NCBI GenBank assembly: GCA_963712665.1
Contig: CAVQIV010000010.1
Span: 135,291-199,290 of the forward strand
DNA: 64,000 nucleotides
Direction: 5' to 3'
Origin: Thermoanaerobaculaceae bacterium
GTDB taxonomy: Bacteria; Acidobacteriota; Thermoanaerobaculia; Multivoradales; UBA5704
Positions 38,239 to 47,539 of the stretch are shown here, piece after piece; positions within the stretch are counted from its first letter, which is position 1; every line of letters begins with the position of its first letter. A program made the position numbers and the translations under genes. The notes under the pieces were generated by a model that worked only from the letters and a program-made list of their open reading frames with translations, did not search any database and was not told the origin of the DNA.

Positions 38239-39723
38239 ATGATCCGATCTCAGAGGATGTGGTGGAGAAGGGGAGCGGCCTCGGGTCTCGTGGCCGCCCT
38301 GCTCCTTCTCCTCGGTTGTTCGACCAACCCGGCCACGGGCCGCAGCCAGATCGCGTTGATCTCCGAGCAGCAGGAGATCCAGATGGGCCGCGAGGCCGAC
38401 CAGCAGGTGCAGCAGCAGCTCGGCCTCTATCCCGATCCGGAGCTCCAATCCTACGTCAACCGCGTGGGCCAGAAGCTGGCGGCGGATTCCGAGCGCCCCC
38501 ACCTCCCCTGGACCTTCCGGGTGGTGGACGATCCCTCGGTGAACGCCTTCGCCCTGCCCGGCGGGTTCATCTATGTCACCCGCGGCCTGATGACGCATCT
38601 CACCTCGGAGGCCGAGCTGGCCTCGGTTGTGGGTCACGAGATCGGCCACGTCACGGCCCGCCACAGCGTCGAGCAATTGAGCAAGCAGCAGCTCGCCCAG
38701 ATCGGGCTCATCGCAGGGATGATCGTCAAGCCCGAGCTGGCCAACTACAGCGACCTGGCCAGCACAGGCCTCCAGGTCATGTTCCTCAAGTTCAGCCGCG
38801 ACGACGAGCGCCAGGCCGACCATCTCGGCCTGCGCTACCTGAACCGCGAGAGCTACGACCCCCGCGAGATGCCCCAGGTCTTCGAGGTGCTGCGCCGGGT
38901 GAGCACGCAGAGTCAGAGCCAGCAGGGGAGGCTCCCCAACTGGCTCTCCACCCACCCGTCGGAGGAGGAGCGCATCCGCACCATCAGCGGCGAGGTGTCG
39001 CAGCTCGGCGGCGACTTTTCGAACCGGACGGTCAATCGCGAGGGCTATCTGCGCAGCCTCGACGACGTGGTCTTCGGCCAGAACCCGCGTGAAGGGTATT
39101 TCGTGGGGAGCACCTTCATCCAGCCCGACCTCGGCTTCGAGATCCGCTTCCCCCAGGGCTGGAAGACCAGCAACGAGAAGTCGGCCGTGGGCGCCATCAG
39201 CCCCAACCAGGACGCCATCGTGGTGGTGAGCCTCTCGGACCAGAGCTCGCCGCGGGCCGCGGCCCAGAAGTTCTTCTCGCAGCAGGGCATCCAGTCCGGC
39301 CAGTCGCTCGCGGTGAATCCGAACGGCCTGTCGTCGGTGTCGCAGGTCTTCGGCGTCCAGGGGCAGAACGGCGACCTCGAGGGGATCGCCACCTTCGTCG
39401 AGCACAACAACAAGGTCTACCAGATCCTCGGCTACACCCGGGCGCAGAACTGGAGCCGCTACGACGACGTCCTCTCCGGCTCGGCCGCGACCTTCGGTCC
39501 GGTGCGGGACCGCCGCGCCCTGGACGTGCAGCCCAAGCGGATCGACGTGGTGAGCCTCCCCAGCGCCATGACGCTCCAGGAGTTCCACCAGCGCTACCCC
39601 TCGACCGTGGACTTCAACACGATCGCCATCATCAACCAAGCGGACGCGAGCACCCGGTTCCCGGCGGGAGCCGAGGTCAAGCGGGTGGTGGGAGGGGAGC
39701 TGCCGACGGAGCGGGGGAGGTAG
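38239..39723 (+). CDS. M48 family metalloprotease lipoprotein
   Basis: AAGGAGG RBS, lipobox LLGC, NAFALPGG, GHEIGH, FSRDDERQAD, STHP. Confidence 0.92.
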   Translation: MIRSQRMWWRRGAASGLVAALLLLLGCSTNPATGRSQIALISEQQEIQMGREADQQVQQQLGLYPDPELQSYVNRVGQKLAADSERPHLPWTFRVVDDPSVNAFALPGGFIYVTRGLMTHLTSEAELASVVGHEIGHVTARHSVEQLSKQQLAQIGLIAGMIVKPELANYSDLASTGLQVMFLKFSRDDERQADHLGLRYLNRESYDPREMPQVFEVLRRVSTQSQSQQGRLPNWLSTHPSEEERIRTISGEVSQLGGDFSNRTVNREGYLRSLDDVVFGQNPREGYFVGSTFIQPDLGFEIRFPQGWKTSNEKSAVGAISPNQDAIVVVSLSDQSSPRAAAQKFFSQQGIQSGQSLAVNPNGLSSVSQVFGVQGQNGDLEGIATFVEHNNKVYQILGYTRAQNWSRYDDVLSGSAATFGPVRDRRALDVQPKRIDVVSLPSAMTLQEFHQRYPSTVDFNTIAIINQADASTRFPAGAEVKRVVGGELPTERGR

Positions 39724-39726
39724 ATC

Positions 39727-40486
39727 CTACCTCTCCATCCAGATCCGTCGCAGCCGCCCGGCCGTGGATCCGACGGGCATCTCCCGCCCGTCGATCCGCG
39801 ACACGGGTATTACGCCGATCAGGCTGTTCATCATCAGCACCTCGCGCGCCGTCGCCAGGTCCTCCACCGTGAGGGGCCCCTCTTCGAGGACCCCTCTCTA
39901 GCAGCCGGCGGCGCACGGTGCCGGGCAGGCAGCCGTCGGTCGTGGGCGGGGTGAGGATCCGATTTTCGAACACCAGGGCGAGATTGGAGCGCGCCCCTTC
40001 GACGAGCCGGTCCTGCTCGTTCAGCAGCAGGACCTCCCAGGCGCCTCGGGACTCCGCTTCCCGCAGGGCGAGCCGGTGGGATTGATAGGAGAGGCTCTTC
40101 AATCCGGCCAGGGGATGGCCCGAGTGGATACGGTACTGCGGGAGGAGACGGGCGGTGACGATCTCCGGCGGCTCGTAGCGGGCCGTGGTGATGAGCCGCG
40201 TGCTGTGGGTGATGGTGATACGCAGCCGGGCCACGGGCCAGGGTGCCGCGCCGGCGATCTCCGCCACGGCCTGCTCCAAGGCTTTCCGGTCCTCGGGAAG
40301 GTCGATCTCCACCCGCCGCAGGCCGGCCAGCAGGCGATCGAGATGGGCTTCGACGTCCCGCGCCCGGCCTTCATCCACCCGCAGGGTCTCGAACAGGCCA
40401 TCGCCGAAGAGGAAGCCGGAGTCGTCCGCGGGGATCTGGACCTCGCCGGCCGGGACGGTCCGACCGTTCCACCAGGCGAGGCTCAA
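39727..40486 (-). CDS. Class IV aminotransferase (4-amino-4-deoxychorismate lyase-like); frameshift in G-run near 39892
   Basis: GDGLFET, HLDRL, EGARSN, LPGTVR; shifted frame continues MNSLIGVIPV. Confidence 0.85.
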
Positions 40487-41934
40487 GCCCCTTCTCCCAC
40501 GCCGAGAGCCGTGAGGAAGGCGCGGGCCTTGGCTGTGCTCTCGGCGAGCTCCAGCTCAGGGTCTGAATCCGCCACGATACCGCAGCCTGCGTGATAGACG
40601 ACCTTCCCCTGGGCCGCGGCCGCGGTGCGGATGGCCACGGCGAGGTCGAGGTCTCCCCCGAGGGAGATCCAACCCAAAGCTCCCATGGCCGGCCCGCGCC
40701 GCCGCTCCTCCTCGCCGGCGATGACGGCCATGGCGCGGATTTTCGGCGCTCCGGTGATGGACGCCGGAGGGAAAGAGGCCCGCAGCAGCTCGGGGGGACC
40801 GGCGTCGGGCCGCAGCCGGCCGCGCACGGTCGAGACCGTGTGGTGCACCGTGGGGAGGGTCATCAGCTCGGCGTGGCTCGTCACCTCGACGCTCCCGGTC
40901 TCGCAGACCCGGCCCAGGTCGTTCCTCGCCACGTCCACGATCATGGTGAGCTCCGCGCGGTCCTTCTCACTCTCCAGCAGCTCGCGGGCGAGGGCGCGGT
41001 CTTGCCGCGGATTGTCGCCCCGCGGCCGGGTGCCCTTGATGGGACGGGTCTCGACCTCGCGATCTTTGACGGCGAGGAACCGCTCGGGCGAGATGGAGAG
41101 CACGGCCCGGCCGCGCCCGAGATCGAAGAATGCGCCGCGATCGGCCGGGCTCGCGGCCCGCAGCCGGAGATAGAGGTGCCAGAGACTTCGTGCTCCCAGG
41201 CGGGTTTCGAGGCGCCGGCAGAGGTTCATCTGAAAGATCTCGCCGCTCGCGATGCGCTCCACCACCCGCACCACCGCGGCCTCGAAGCCGCTGTGAGAGG
41301 GCCGGCTCACCACGGGTCCGCCCGCGAGACGCCCCGCCGGGATCTCGGATGGAAGCCGCCGCCGGGCCGCGGCGAGGAGCCGCTCCGCCTCGACCACGGG
41401 ATCGGGACCTCCGGCCTCGCGCCAGGCGTCCGTCGAATCCAGCCCCCAGCTCCGGCCATCCCAACGCAGGGCCGAGTCATAGAGCCCCAGGAACAGATCG
41501 GGGAGCTGGAGGTCGTCTGAAGGGGGAGGAGGGATCGGCTCGATCTCACCTCCCAGCTCATACCCGAGATAGCCCACCAGGACGGCTCCGGCCCCACCCC
41601 AGGCCGCGAACGCCGCGTCCAGCACCTCGAATCCTCCCGCCTTGAACGAGGCTTTCCCTCCTGGCCCCGAGACGGCCGTCCGGCCGTTGCGCACCGAGAG
41701 CACGGCCCGCGGCCGGGCAAAGAGGCGGTGACCCTCCGCGCCGCCATCCAGCCAGGCGAAACCCGGCTGCTCCCGCATCTCCTCGGCCACCTGGAGAGGC
41801 GAGGGCTCGGTCTTTCCGCCGGAGCGAAGAGGGGTTTTCGATCCGCGGGCACGCGGGGAGGGCGCGGGCAGGATCGACCGGAGACGATCAGCGAGCCGCT
41901 GCCGGCGCTTCTCGGGGAGGCGGTCGGACCACAT
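40483..41934 (-). CDS. pabB: Aminodeoxychorismate/anthranilate synthase component I family protein
   Basis: SPERFL, TRPIKGTRPR, KDRAELTMIVDVARNDLGRV, SITGAPKIRAM; adjacent to a PabC-like gene. Confidence 0.85.
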   Translation of the reverse strand: MWSDRLPEKRRQRLADRLRSILPAPSPRARGSKTPLRSGGKTEPSPLQVAEEMREQPGFAWLDGGAEGHRLFARPRAVLSVRNGRTAVSGPGGKASFKAGGFEVLDAAFAAWGGAGAVLVGYLGYELGGEIEPIPPPPSDDLQLPDLFLGLYDSALRWDGRSWGLDSTDAWREAGGPDPVVEAERLLAAARRRLPSEIPAGRLAGGPVVSRPSHSGFEAAVVRVVERIASGEIFQMNLCRRLETRLGARSLWHLYLRLRAASPADRGAFFDLGRGRAVLSISPERFLAVKDREVETRPIKGTRPRGDNPRQDRALARELLESEKDRAELTMIVDVARNDLGRVCETGSVEVTSHAELMTLPTVHHTVSTVRGRLRPDAGPPELLRASFPPASITGAPKIRAMAVIAGEEERRRGPAMGALGWISLGGDLDLAVAIRTAAAAQGKVVYHAGCGIVADSDPELELAESTAKARAFLTALGVGEGA

Positions 41935-41972
41935 GGGGTTTCGAGTCTATAGGACTCTTCTAAGATCACCCC

Positions 41973-42320
41973 GTGAATCCCCGCCCTCCTTTCCTCCCAA
42001 CCCTCTCCCGCGGCCTCCATCTGCGCTGCCCCCAGTGCGGCGAGGGCCGGCTCTTCGTCTCCTGGAACCACCTGCGGGAGACCTGCCCGGTCTGCGGGCT
42101 CGACTTCGAGCGCCGGCTGGGGGATACGTGGTTCTTCATGTACATGAGCACGGCCGGGCTCTCAGGGATCCTGGTGGTCGCCATGTTCCTCCTGCGTCCC
42201 CGGGTGCTGTGGGTGGGGCAGATCCTCGTCTGCCTGGCGGCGGTGGCGGTGATCGGGCTCTCCCTACCGTATCGGAAGGGGATCGCCGTGGCTTTGGATT
42301 ACTGGATCGAAGGGGATTGA
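41973..42320 (+). CDS. DUF983 family protein
   Basis: RCPQCGEGRLF...CPVCGL plus two TM segments. Confidence 0.85.
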   Translation: MNPRPPFLPTLSRGLHLRCPQCGEGRLFVSWNHLRETCPVCGLDFERRLGDTWFFMYMSTAGLSGILVVAMFLLRPRVLWVGQILVCLAAVAVIGLSLPYRKGIAVALDYWIEGD

Positions 42321-43450
42321 GGTGTCGATTCGACGCGCAGCTTCTCGGCCAGCTCGACTTCAGCGAGGAGGGCCTTCCAGCCTTTGGAATCCGCGCCCGC
42401 GGGTCTCTCCAGCAGGTGCGACTCCTCGTAGGTGTAGTCGATGGGCAGGAAGGATGGCTCCTCTCCCGGCTGCCGGTCGGCCACCAAGCCCACCACGTAG
42501 CCGCGCCCGTCCAGCACTGGAGCGCCGGCGTCGCCAGGTTGAACGTCAGGTTGGACGTCGCCTGCGATCAGCAGATAGGCGAGGCCGTGGAGCTGCCTGG
42601 CGGCGATCCCCAGGCGGGCTTCACGGGGAGGCGATCCCGCTCCCAGGATGACGATGCGGTCGCCGCTACGGAGCGACGCGGCATCCCCCAGGCGCAGCGG
42701 CTCGGCCCCGGACGCGGTCGTACGCACCAGGGTCAGGCCGAGCCAGGGGTCCTGCTGCGTCACCTCGCCCGTGAGCTTCGAGCCGCCGGCGGTCACGTCC
42801 ACGGCGGAGCAGCCGTCGGTCGCCGCGGCGCGGGTGAGGACCACGTCCCGCGCCACGAAGAACCCCACGGACCGGCGGTCGTTGCAGCGGACCTCCACTG
42901 TTGCGGGAGCGGCGAGGGCCGAGAGGTCCTGCAAGGAGAGCGGCGGTCTCTGCGTGGACCAGGGGATCGAGCGCGCCTGGGTAAAGGCGGAGGAGCGCCG
43001 GGCCGACGCGGCTGGATGGCCCGGCGGTGCTCCATGGCGCATGGCGACGAAGAGGAGGGCCGCCGTCGCCGCGCCCAAAGCAGCCGCCATCCCCAGACGG
43101 CGCGCTCCCGAGGGGCTTGGAGGAGCCACGGTGCCTGCCGTTTCGGCCGTGGCAGCAAAACCGAAATCCGTCAAGGCTGCCACGAGATCGCGAGCCGCGA
43201 GCTTCGAGAGGTCCCGGGCGATCACCGGCCGGGGGCTCTCCAGAGCCCGCAGGGCCGTGGAGAAGGACGGCGCCGGCGGACCTAGCGAGGCGATGGCCCG
43301 GGCGAGCTGATAACGGATCCGTTCGTCCTCCACGGGCGCCCCCAACGCCACGTCCACCCGCAGGCTCGCCTTGCAGAAAGGACAGGCGGTCGTTGCGAGC
43401 GGTACGGCTTCGCCGCACCCCGGGCAGGGCTCCCGATCGGCAGAGGTCAT
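42299..43450 (-). CDS. Zinc-ribbon membrane protein with degenerate trypsin-like (S1C) domain
   Basis: CPGC/CPFC; TM segment; GFFVARDVVLT and QPGDAGAPVLDGRGYVVGL. Confidence 0.75.
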   Translation of the reverse strand: MTSADREPCPGCGEAVPLATTACPFCKASLRVDVALGAPVEDERIRYQLARAIASLGPPAPSFSTALRALESPRPVIARDLSKLAARDLVAALTDFGFAATAETAGTVAPPSPSGARRLGMAAALGAATAALLFVAMRHGAPPGHPAASARRSSAFTQARSIPWSTQRPPLSLQDLSALAAPATVEVRCNDRRSVGFFVARDVVLTRAAATDGCSAVDVTAGGSKLTGEVTQQDPWLGLTLVRTTASGAEPLRLGDAASLRSGDRIVILGAGSPPREARLGIAARQLHGLAYLLIAGDVQPDVQPGDAGAPVLDGRGYVVGLVADRQPGEEPSFLPIDYTYEESHLLERPAGADSKGWKALLAEVELAEKLRVESTPQSPSIQ

Positions 43451-43501
43451 GGGAGGAATTCTAGTATGACTGCATCACAGCCGAGCTCTCGTGCGTCATC
43501 C

Positions 43502-43858
43502 GACCCATGGGGCGAATGACCGGACCCGTGGATTCTGTGACCGGACCCTTGGGTCAAGTGACATGACCCATGGGTCGAGTGACCGGACCCTTGGGTCGAG
43601 TGACCGGACCCTTGGGTCGAGTGACGTGACCCGTGGGTCGAGTGACCGGACCCATGGGGCGAGTGACGTGACCCGTGGGTCCTGCGACGCGACCCGTGGG
43701 TCCTGCGATCTGACCCATGGGTCGGGTGATGCGACCCGTGGGTCGGACGACATAATCCATGGAGCCGACGACAGGACCCGAGGCCCCCGTGACGCACGGC
43801 GCGGGTCCGGCGATGCAGACCTGGGTCGCGAGGAAGCAATTCATGGAGCCCATGGGCC
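43502..43858. repeat. 21-bp tandem repeat array (about 17 units) with palindromic core
   Basis: Consensus GACCC(A/G/T)TGGGTCGAGTGACCG; decays rightwards. Confidence 0.92.
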
Positions 43859-43889
43859 ACGCCGCGGGGCCGGCGGCTCACGGATCGGG

Positions 43890-44432
43890 TCAGGCGCCCG
43901 GCGACACCTTCCCCAACCGCGCCAGGGCTCTTTCTGCGATCGCGCGGGCCAGCTTGAGCTGGTCCGCGTCGTCGGGGCTCTGGACGGTGATGACGAGCTG
44001 CACGGCACCGTGGAGCACGTGGAGCTGCTGCAGGCGGCCGCCGGCCCAGAGGGCTCCCTCGCCCAGACCGGGGATGTCCTGTACCTGCCCGCCGCTCATG
44101 GATGCGAGCGTCGAATGGCTGCCCTCCTGCACCCGCTTCGCCGATTCCCGGGTGGGGAACTGCCGGATGACCAGACTGAGGATGCGGGGCTGCTCCAGGG
44201 TGCCGCTGTTGTAGATGCACTGGCCTGGATCGCGACCCACGGCTTCGTCCAGGGTGCTGGCCATGGCGGCGATGGTATCTCCGGCCACCTCCCGGGCATC
44301 CTCTTCGGTGAAGAGGGTGCAAGCGTCCACCTTCAGCGGGGGAACGGGCTTCTCGGAGCGGCCACAGGCGGCGAGGACGGCCAGCAGCGGCAACGTCAGC
44401 AGCATCATGGAGCGGCGAAAGGGCATAGTCAC
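43890..44432 (-). CDS. Lipoprotein (DUF3558-like)
   Basis: Lipobox LAAC, DACTLFT, IPGLGEGA. Confidence 0.8.
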   Translation of the reverse strand: MTMPFRRSMMLLTLPLLAVLAACGRSEKPVPPLKVDACTLFTEEDAREVAGDTIAAMASTLDEAVGRDPGQCIYNSGTLEQPRILSLVIRQFPTRESAKRVQEGSHSTLASMSGGQVQDIPGLGEGALWAGGRLQQLHVLHGAVQLVITVQSPDDADQLKLARAIAERALARLGKVSPGA

Positions 44433-44539
44433 CTGGAATCCCTCCTGGGGGTCAGGTCGGGATTCTACCCTTTGTCGGAGAAAAGGGAGGCGGGCCGCAC
44501 GGCGGCGGCCCGCGAAACACCCTTCCCGATTTCCTTCCT

Positions 44540-45862
44540 TTACTTCGCCGCTCCAGGCACCAATTCCCGAGCCAGCTTCGTGATCTCCTCGAACCCGTCC
44601 GCATCCGACTGGTGGGACTCTGTGCGGATCTGGCGGACGACGACGAGCCTGGGGCCAGTCAGCACCACGATGAACTGGCCGAGGTAGCCGTTGGCGTTGA
44701 AGCCGATGGGGGAACCCGCGGTCACCTTGGGGTTGGGGAGGCCCTTCATCCGCACGTTCGTCATGTAGGCCTCGAGGCCCTTGCCGGCTCCGAAGAGGCG
44801 GTCGAGCTCGGCGAAGAGCTCGGCCTGGGAGAAGCCTTTTCCTTTGAGGGTGGCAATTTTTTCCAGGAAGGCCGGGTCGGAGCCACCCTTGCGCCAGGTC
44901 TCCAGGATCGCGTCATCCACCTGGATCTTGGACCACTCGGGGATCACCCACCAGAGGAGGCCGCCCGTGGGGTTGAACGTCTGCGCCGCGGTCACGGACT
45001 CCTTGGCCCATTCCGCGGAGACGATCCGCTGGTCCCGCTGGCCCAGATAGACGCCGCCGTCGAGCATGAGCTGGCCGATCTTGGCGAGGTCGAGAGCGTC
45101 GAGCTGTAAGCCGGCCATGACGTGCGGATTGCTCGCCGGATCGCGCATCCACTGGAAATGGCGGACGCCGAGGGGAGTGAAGACCTCGTCGCGCATGTAG
45201 ACGTCGAGCTTCTTGCCGGAGGCTTTCTCGACGACTCCCGCCAGCAGGTTCACCGCCTTGTTGTTGTAGAAGAAGTCCATTCCCGACGGATGGGCGAGAT
45301 CGGCGTCCAGGGCGAGCTTGAGGACGTTCCGGCTCTCATAGACCTCCTGGGCGTTGGGATTGGCCCGCAACCCTGAGGTGTGGGTGAGGACGTGGCGGAG
45401 GGTGACGTCCTTCCGGGGACCCTCCTTCCACTCGGGGAAGAAGTCGGAGAGCGGCTGGTCGAGCGAGCGGATCTTCCCGGTGTAGGCGAGATGCCCGATG
45501 GCGACGTTGACCACCGACTTGGTGACCGACATCACCTCGATGGGCTCGGCAGGCTTGCCGAACCGCCAGTCGCCGACCAGCTTGCCGTCCTTGAGGATCA
45601 CCAGTGCGTCGGAGTGGGTCTCCTCGGCCCGCTTCACCAGCCGGTCGAGAGCGGCGGGATCGATTCCGGCCGCCTTCGGGTCCACCTTCTCGAAGGCTGA
45701 GGGTGACGCCTTGAGCTCGATCGGGTAGTCGACGTACCGGTGGGGGTTCTCCTGGGGCGGAGCGGGCTGAGCCGGCTGTTGTGCCGCCAGGCTGGCGGCC
45801 AGAGTTACGGTCAAAGCGACAGCGAAAAAACCAGGCGCTGGGCGCCGGAATGTTTGAGTCAT
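44540..45862 (-). CDS. Beta-lactamase-like serine hydrolase
   Basis: Signal peptide, SVTK (SxxK), LTHTSGL, YNN, ANGYLGQ. Confidence 0.9.
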   Translation of the reverse strand: MTQTFRRPAPGFFAVALTVTLAASLAAQQPAQPAPPQENPHRYVDYPIELKASPSAFEKVDPKAAGIDPAALDRLVKRAEETHSDALVILKDGKLVGDWRFGKPAEPIEVMSVTKSVVNVAIGHLAYTGKIRSLDQPLSDFFPEWKEGPRKDVTLRHVLTHTSGLRANPNAQEVYESRNVLKLALDADLAHPSGMDFFYNNKAVNLLAGVVEKASGKKLDVYMRDEVFTPLGVRHFQWMRDPASNPHVMAGLQLDALDLAKIGQLMLDGGVYLGQRDQRIVSAEWAKESVTAAQTFNPTGGLLWWVIPEWSKIQVDDAILETWRKGGSDPAFLEKIATLKGKGFSQAELFAELDRLFGAGKGLEAYMTNVRMKGLPNPKVTAGSPIGFNANGYLGQFIVVLTGPRLVVVRQIRTESHQSDADGFEEITKLARELVPGAAK

Positions 45863-45952
45863 GGCTGGGACTCCCGTTGAAGGGGGCCCTCGGGATGAGG
45901 GCTGGTGTTTCTACGGGAGAGGAGGGGAGAAGTTCAGCGAGCCCGACGGGCT

Positions 45953-46420
45953 TTACGAGATCGCCTCCATCCGCGCTCCCGTGACCACCCACTTGCCATC
46001 CTTGAGCTGCACGCGGTAGGACTCCGTAGAGGCGCTGAGGTTGCCCTCGAAGTAGCCGCCGCGGACCCAGACCTCGGTCTCCTTGTGCCAGTCGAGCCTG
46101 TTGATGCGGAAGAAGAGATTCTTCCCCGACCGCCGCTCGCACTGGTCGGCGGTCACCACGGGCGGCTGATTGCCTGCGAAGCGCTGGAGGAACGCCGCGT
46201 CCGGAGGCCGCTCTCCCGGCAGCTCCAGACAATACTTCGCCGCCTTCTTCTGAATGCCCGAGGCGTTGTGATCGAACTGATAGCGGAACACGGCCTCGTA
46301 GATCTCCGGCTCGGCGGCGGTGTGGGAGGGAGCGGCCGGGCTGCTCGTCGCGGGCGAGCTCGAGGCACAGCCTGCCATGGAAAGGGAGAAGGCCAGGAGG
46401 AGCGCTGTGGGTTTGCTCAT
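45953..46420 (-). CDS. Hypothetical lipoprotein
   Basis: Lipobox MAGC. Confidence 0.75.
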   Translation of the reverse strand: MSKPTALLLAFSLSMAGCASSSPATSSPAAPSHTAAEPEIYEAVFRYQFDHNASGIQKKAAKYCLELPGERPPDAAFLQRFAGNQPPVVTADQCERRSGKNLFFRINRLDWHKETEVWVRGGYFEGNLSASTESYRVQLKDGKWVVTGARMEAIS

Positions 46421-46429
46421 TTTCCGTTC

Positions 46430-47521
46430 CTACCGCACCCTCTTCCGCCGGTTCCGGATGTAGTCCGCCAGGATGAACTCCCCCAGGTTGTAGGGTGAGG
46501 CGAAGTAGGCGCGGCCGCGGTTGATCTGGGTCAGCTTCTCCACGAACTGGGTGAGCATGGTGTCCGTGGCCAGCATGAAGGTGGTGATGACCACCTTCTG
46601 GCGGCGGCAGAGGTCGGCTTCCTCCAGGGTGAGGTTGACGATCCGCATGTCGAGGCCGAAGGGGTTTTTGTAGATCCGTCCGCCTTCGGTGATGGCCGAG
46701 GGCTTGCCGTCGGTGATCAGGAAGATCTGCTTGTTGGGCTGCTTCTGGCGGGCCAGGATGCTGCGGGAGAGCTGCAGCGCGTCGCGGGTGTTGGTGTGGT
46801 ACGGCCCGGCCTGGATATAGGGGATCTCGGAGAGGAATACCTGCTCGGCCTGATCGCCGAAGAGCACCACTGAGAGGTCGTCCTTGGGGTACTTGGTGGT
46901 GATCAGCTCGGTCAACGCCAGGGCCACGGTCTTGGCCGGCGTGATGCGGTCCTCGCCGTAGAGGATCATCGAGTGGCTGATGTCGATGGCCACCACCGTG
47001 GCGCAGGAGGTGAGGTGCTCGGTCTCATAGACCTCCAGGTCCTCCTCCATGAGATCGAACTCGTCGCTGGAGTTCCTCTTGAAGGCGTTCTGGAGCGAGC
47101 GCGCCGAGTCCAGGAGGTGGATGTCGTCGCCGAAGCTGTAGGGGCGAGTCTCGGGGAGGCGCTCGATCCCCTCGCCGGAGGCGCGGATGGGGTGGTAACC
47201 CGCGCCGGAGCGCCCGAGGGTGGAGAAGATCTCCTCGAAGGCACTCTTGCGGACGCGGCGCTCGCCGCCGGTGGTGAGCTGGAGGCCGCCCTCGCTGTCC
47301 TGGCCCACGAGGTTCTGCTCCTGGAGGCTGGCGAAGAAGGCTTCGAGGTCGATGTTCTCGGGGATGTGCCCCTCGGACTGGAGGTAGCGCATCCACTCCA
47401 TGGCCTCCTCGACGTCGCCGCCGGTCGCCAGCACGAGCTGGTTGAACAGGCGCAGGAGGTCCAGGCCCGCGAGGAGGGCCTTGATGAGCTCGGGGTCGAG
47501 ATAGAGGTACTGATGCCGCAT
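46430..47521 (-). CDS. VWA domain protein
   Basis: MIDAS DISHSM, TNT, ITDGKP. Confidence 0.92.
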   Translation of the reverse strand: MRHQYLYLDPELIKALLAGLDLLRLFNQLVLATGGDVEEAMEWMRYLQSEGHIPENIDLEAFFASLQEQNLVGQDSEGGLQLTTGGERRVRKSAFEEIFSTLGRSGAGYHPIRASGEGIERLPETRPYSFGDDIHLLDSARSLQNAFKRNSSDEFDLMEEDLEVYETEHLTSCATVVAIDISHSMILYGEDRITPAKTVALALTELITTKYPKDDLSVVLFGDQAEQVFLSEIPYIQAGPYHTNTRDALQLSRSILARQKQPNKQIFLITDGKPSAITEGGRIYKNPFGLDMRIVNLTLEEADLCRRQKVVITTFMLATDTMLTQFVEKLTQINRGRAYFASPYNLGEFILADYIRNRRKRVR

Positions 47522-47539
47522 GATGCTCCCGTTCCGGCT

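Noticed and set aside
43502-43858. Possible CRISPR array
   Set aside because: Period is only 21 bp, the variable parts are 9 bp and recur, and there are no cas genes in the window
44540-45862. Beta-lactamase-like and GNAT (13345) genes as resistance determinants
   Set aside because: Only family-level motifs are present; substrate cannot be inferred from sequence
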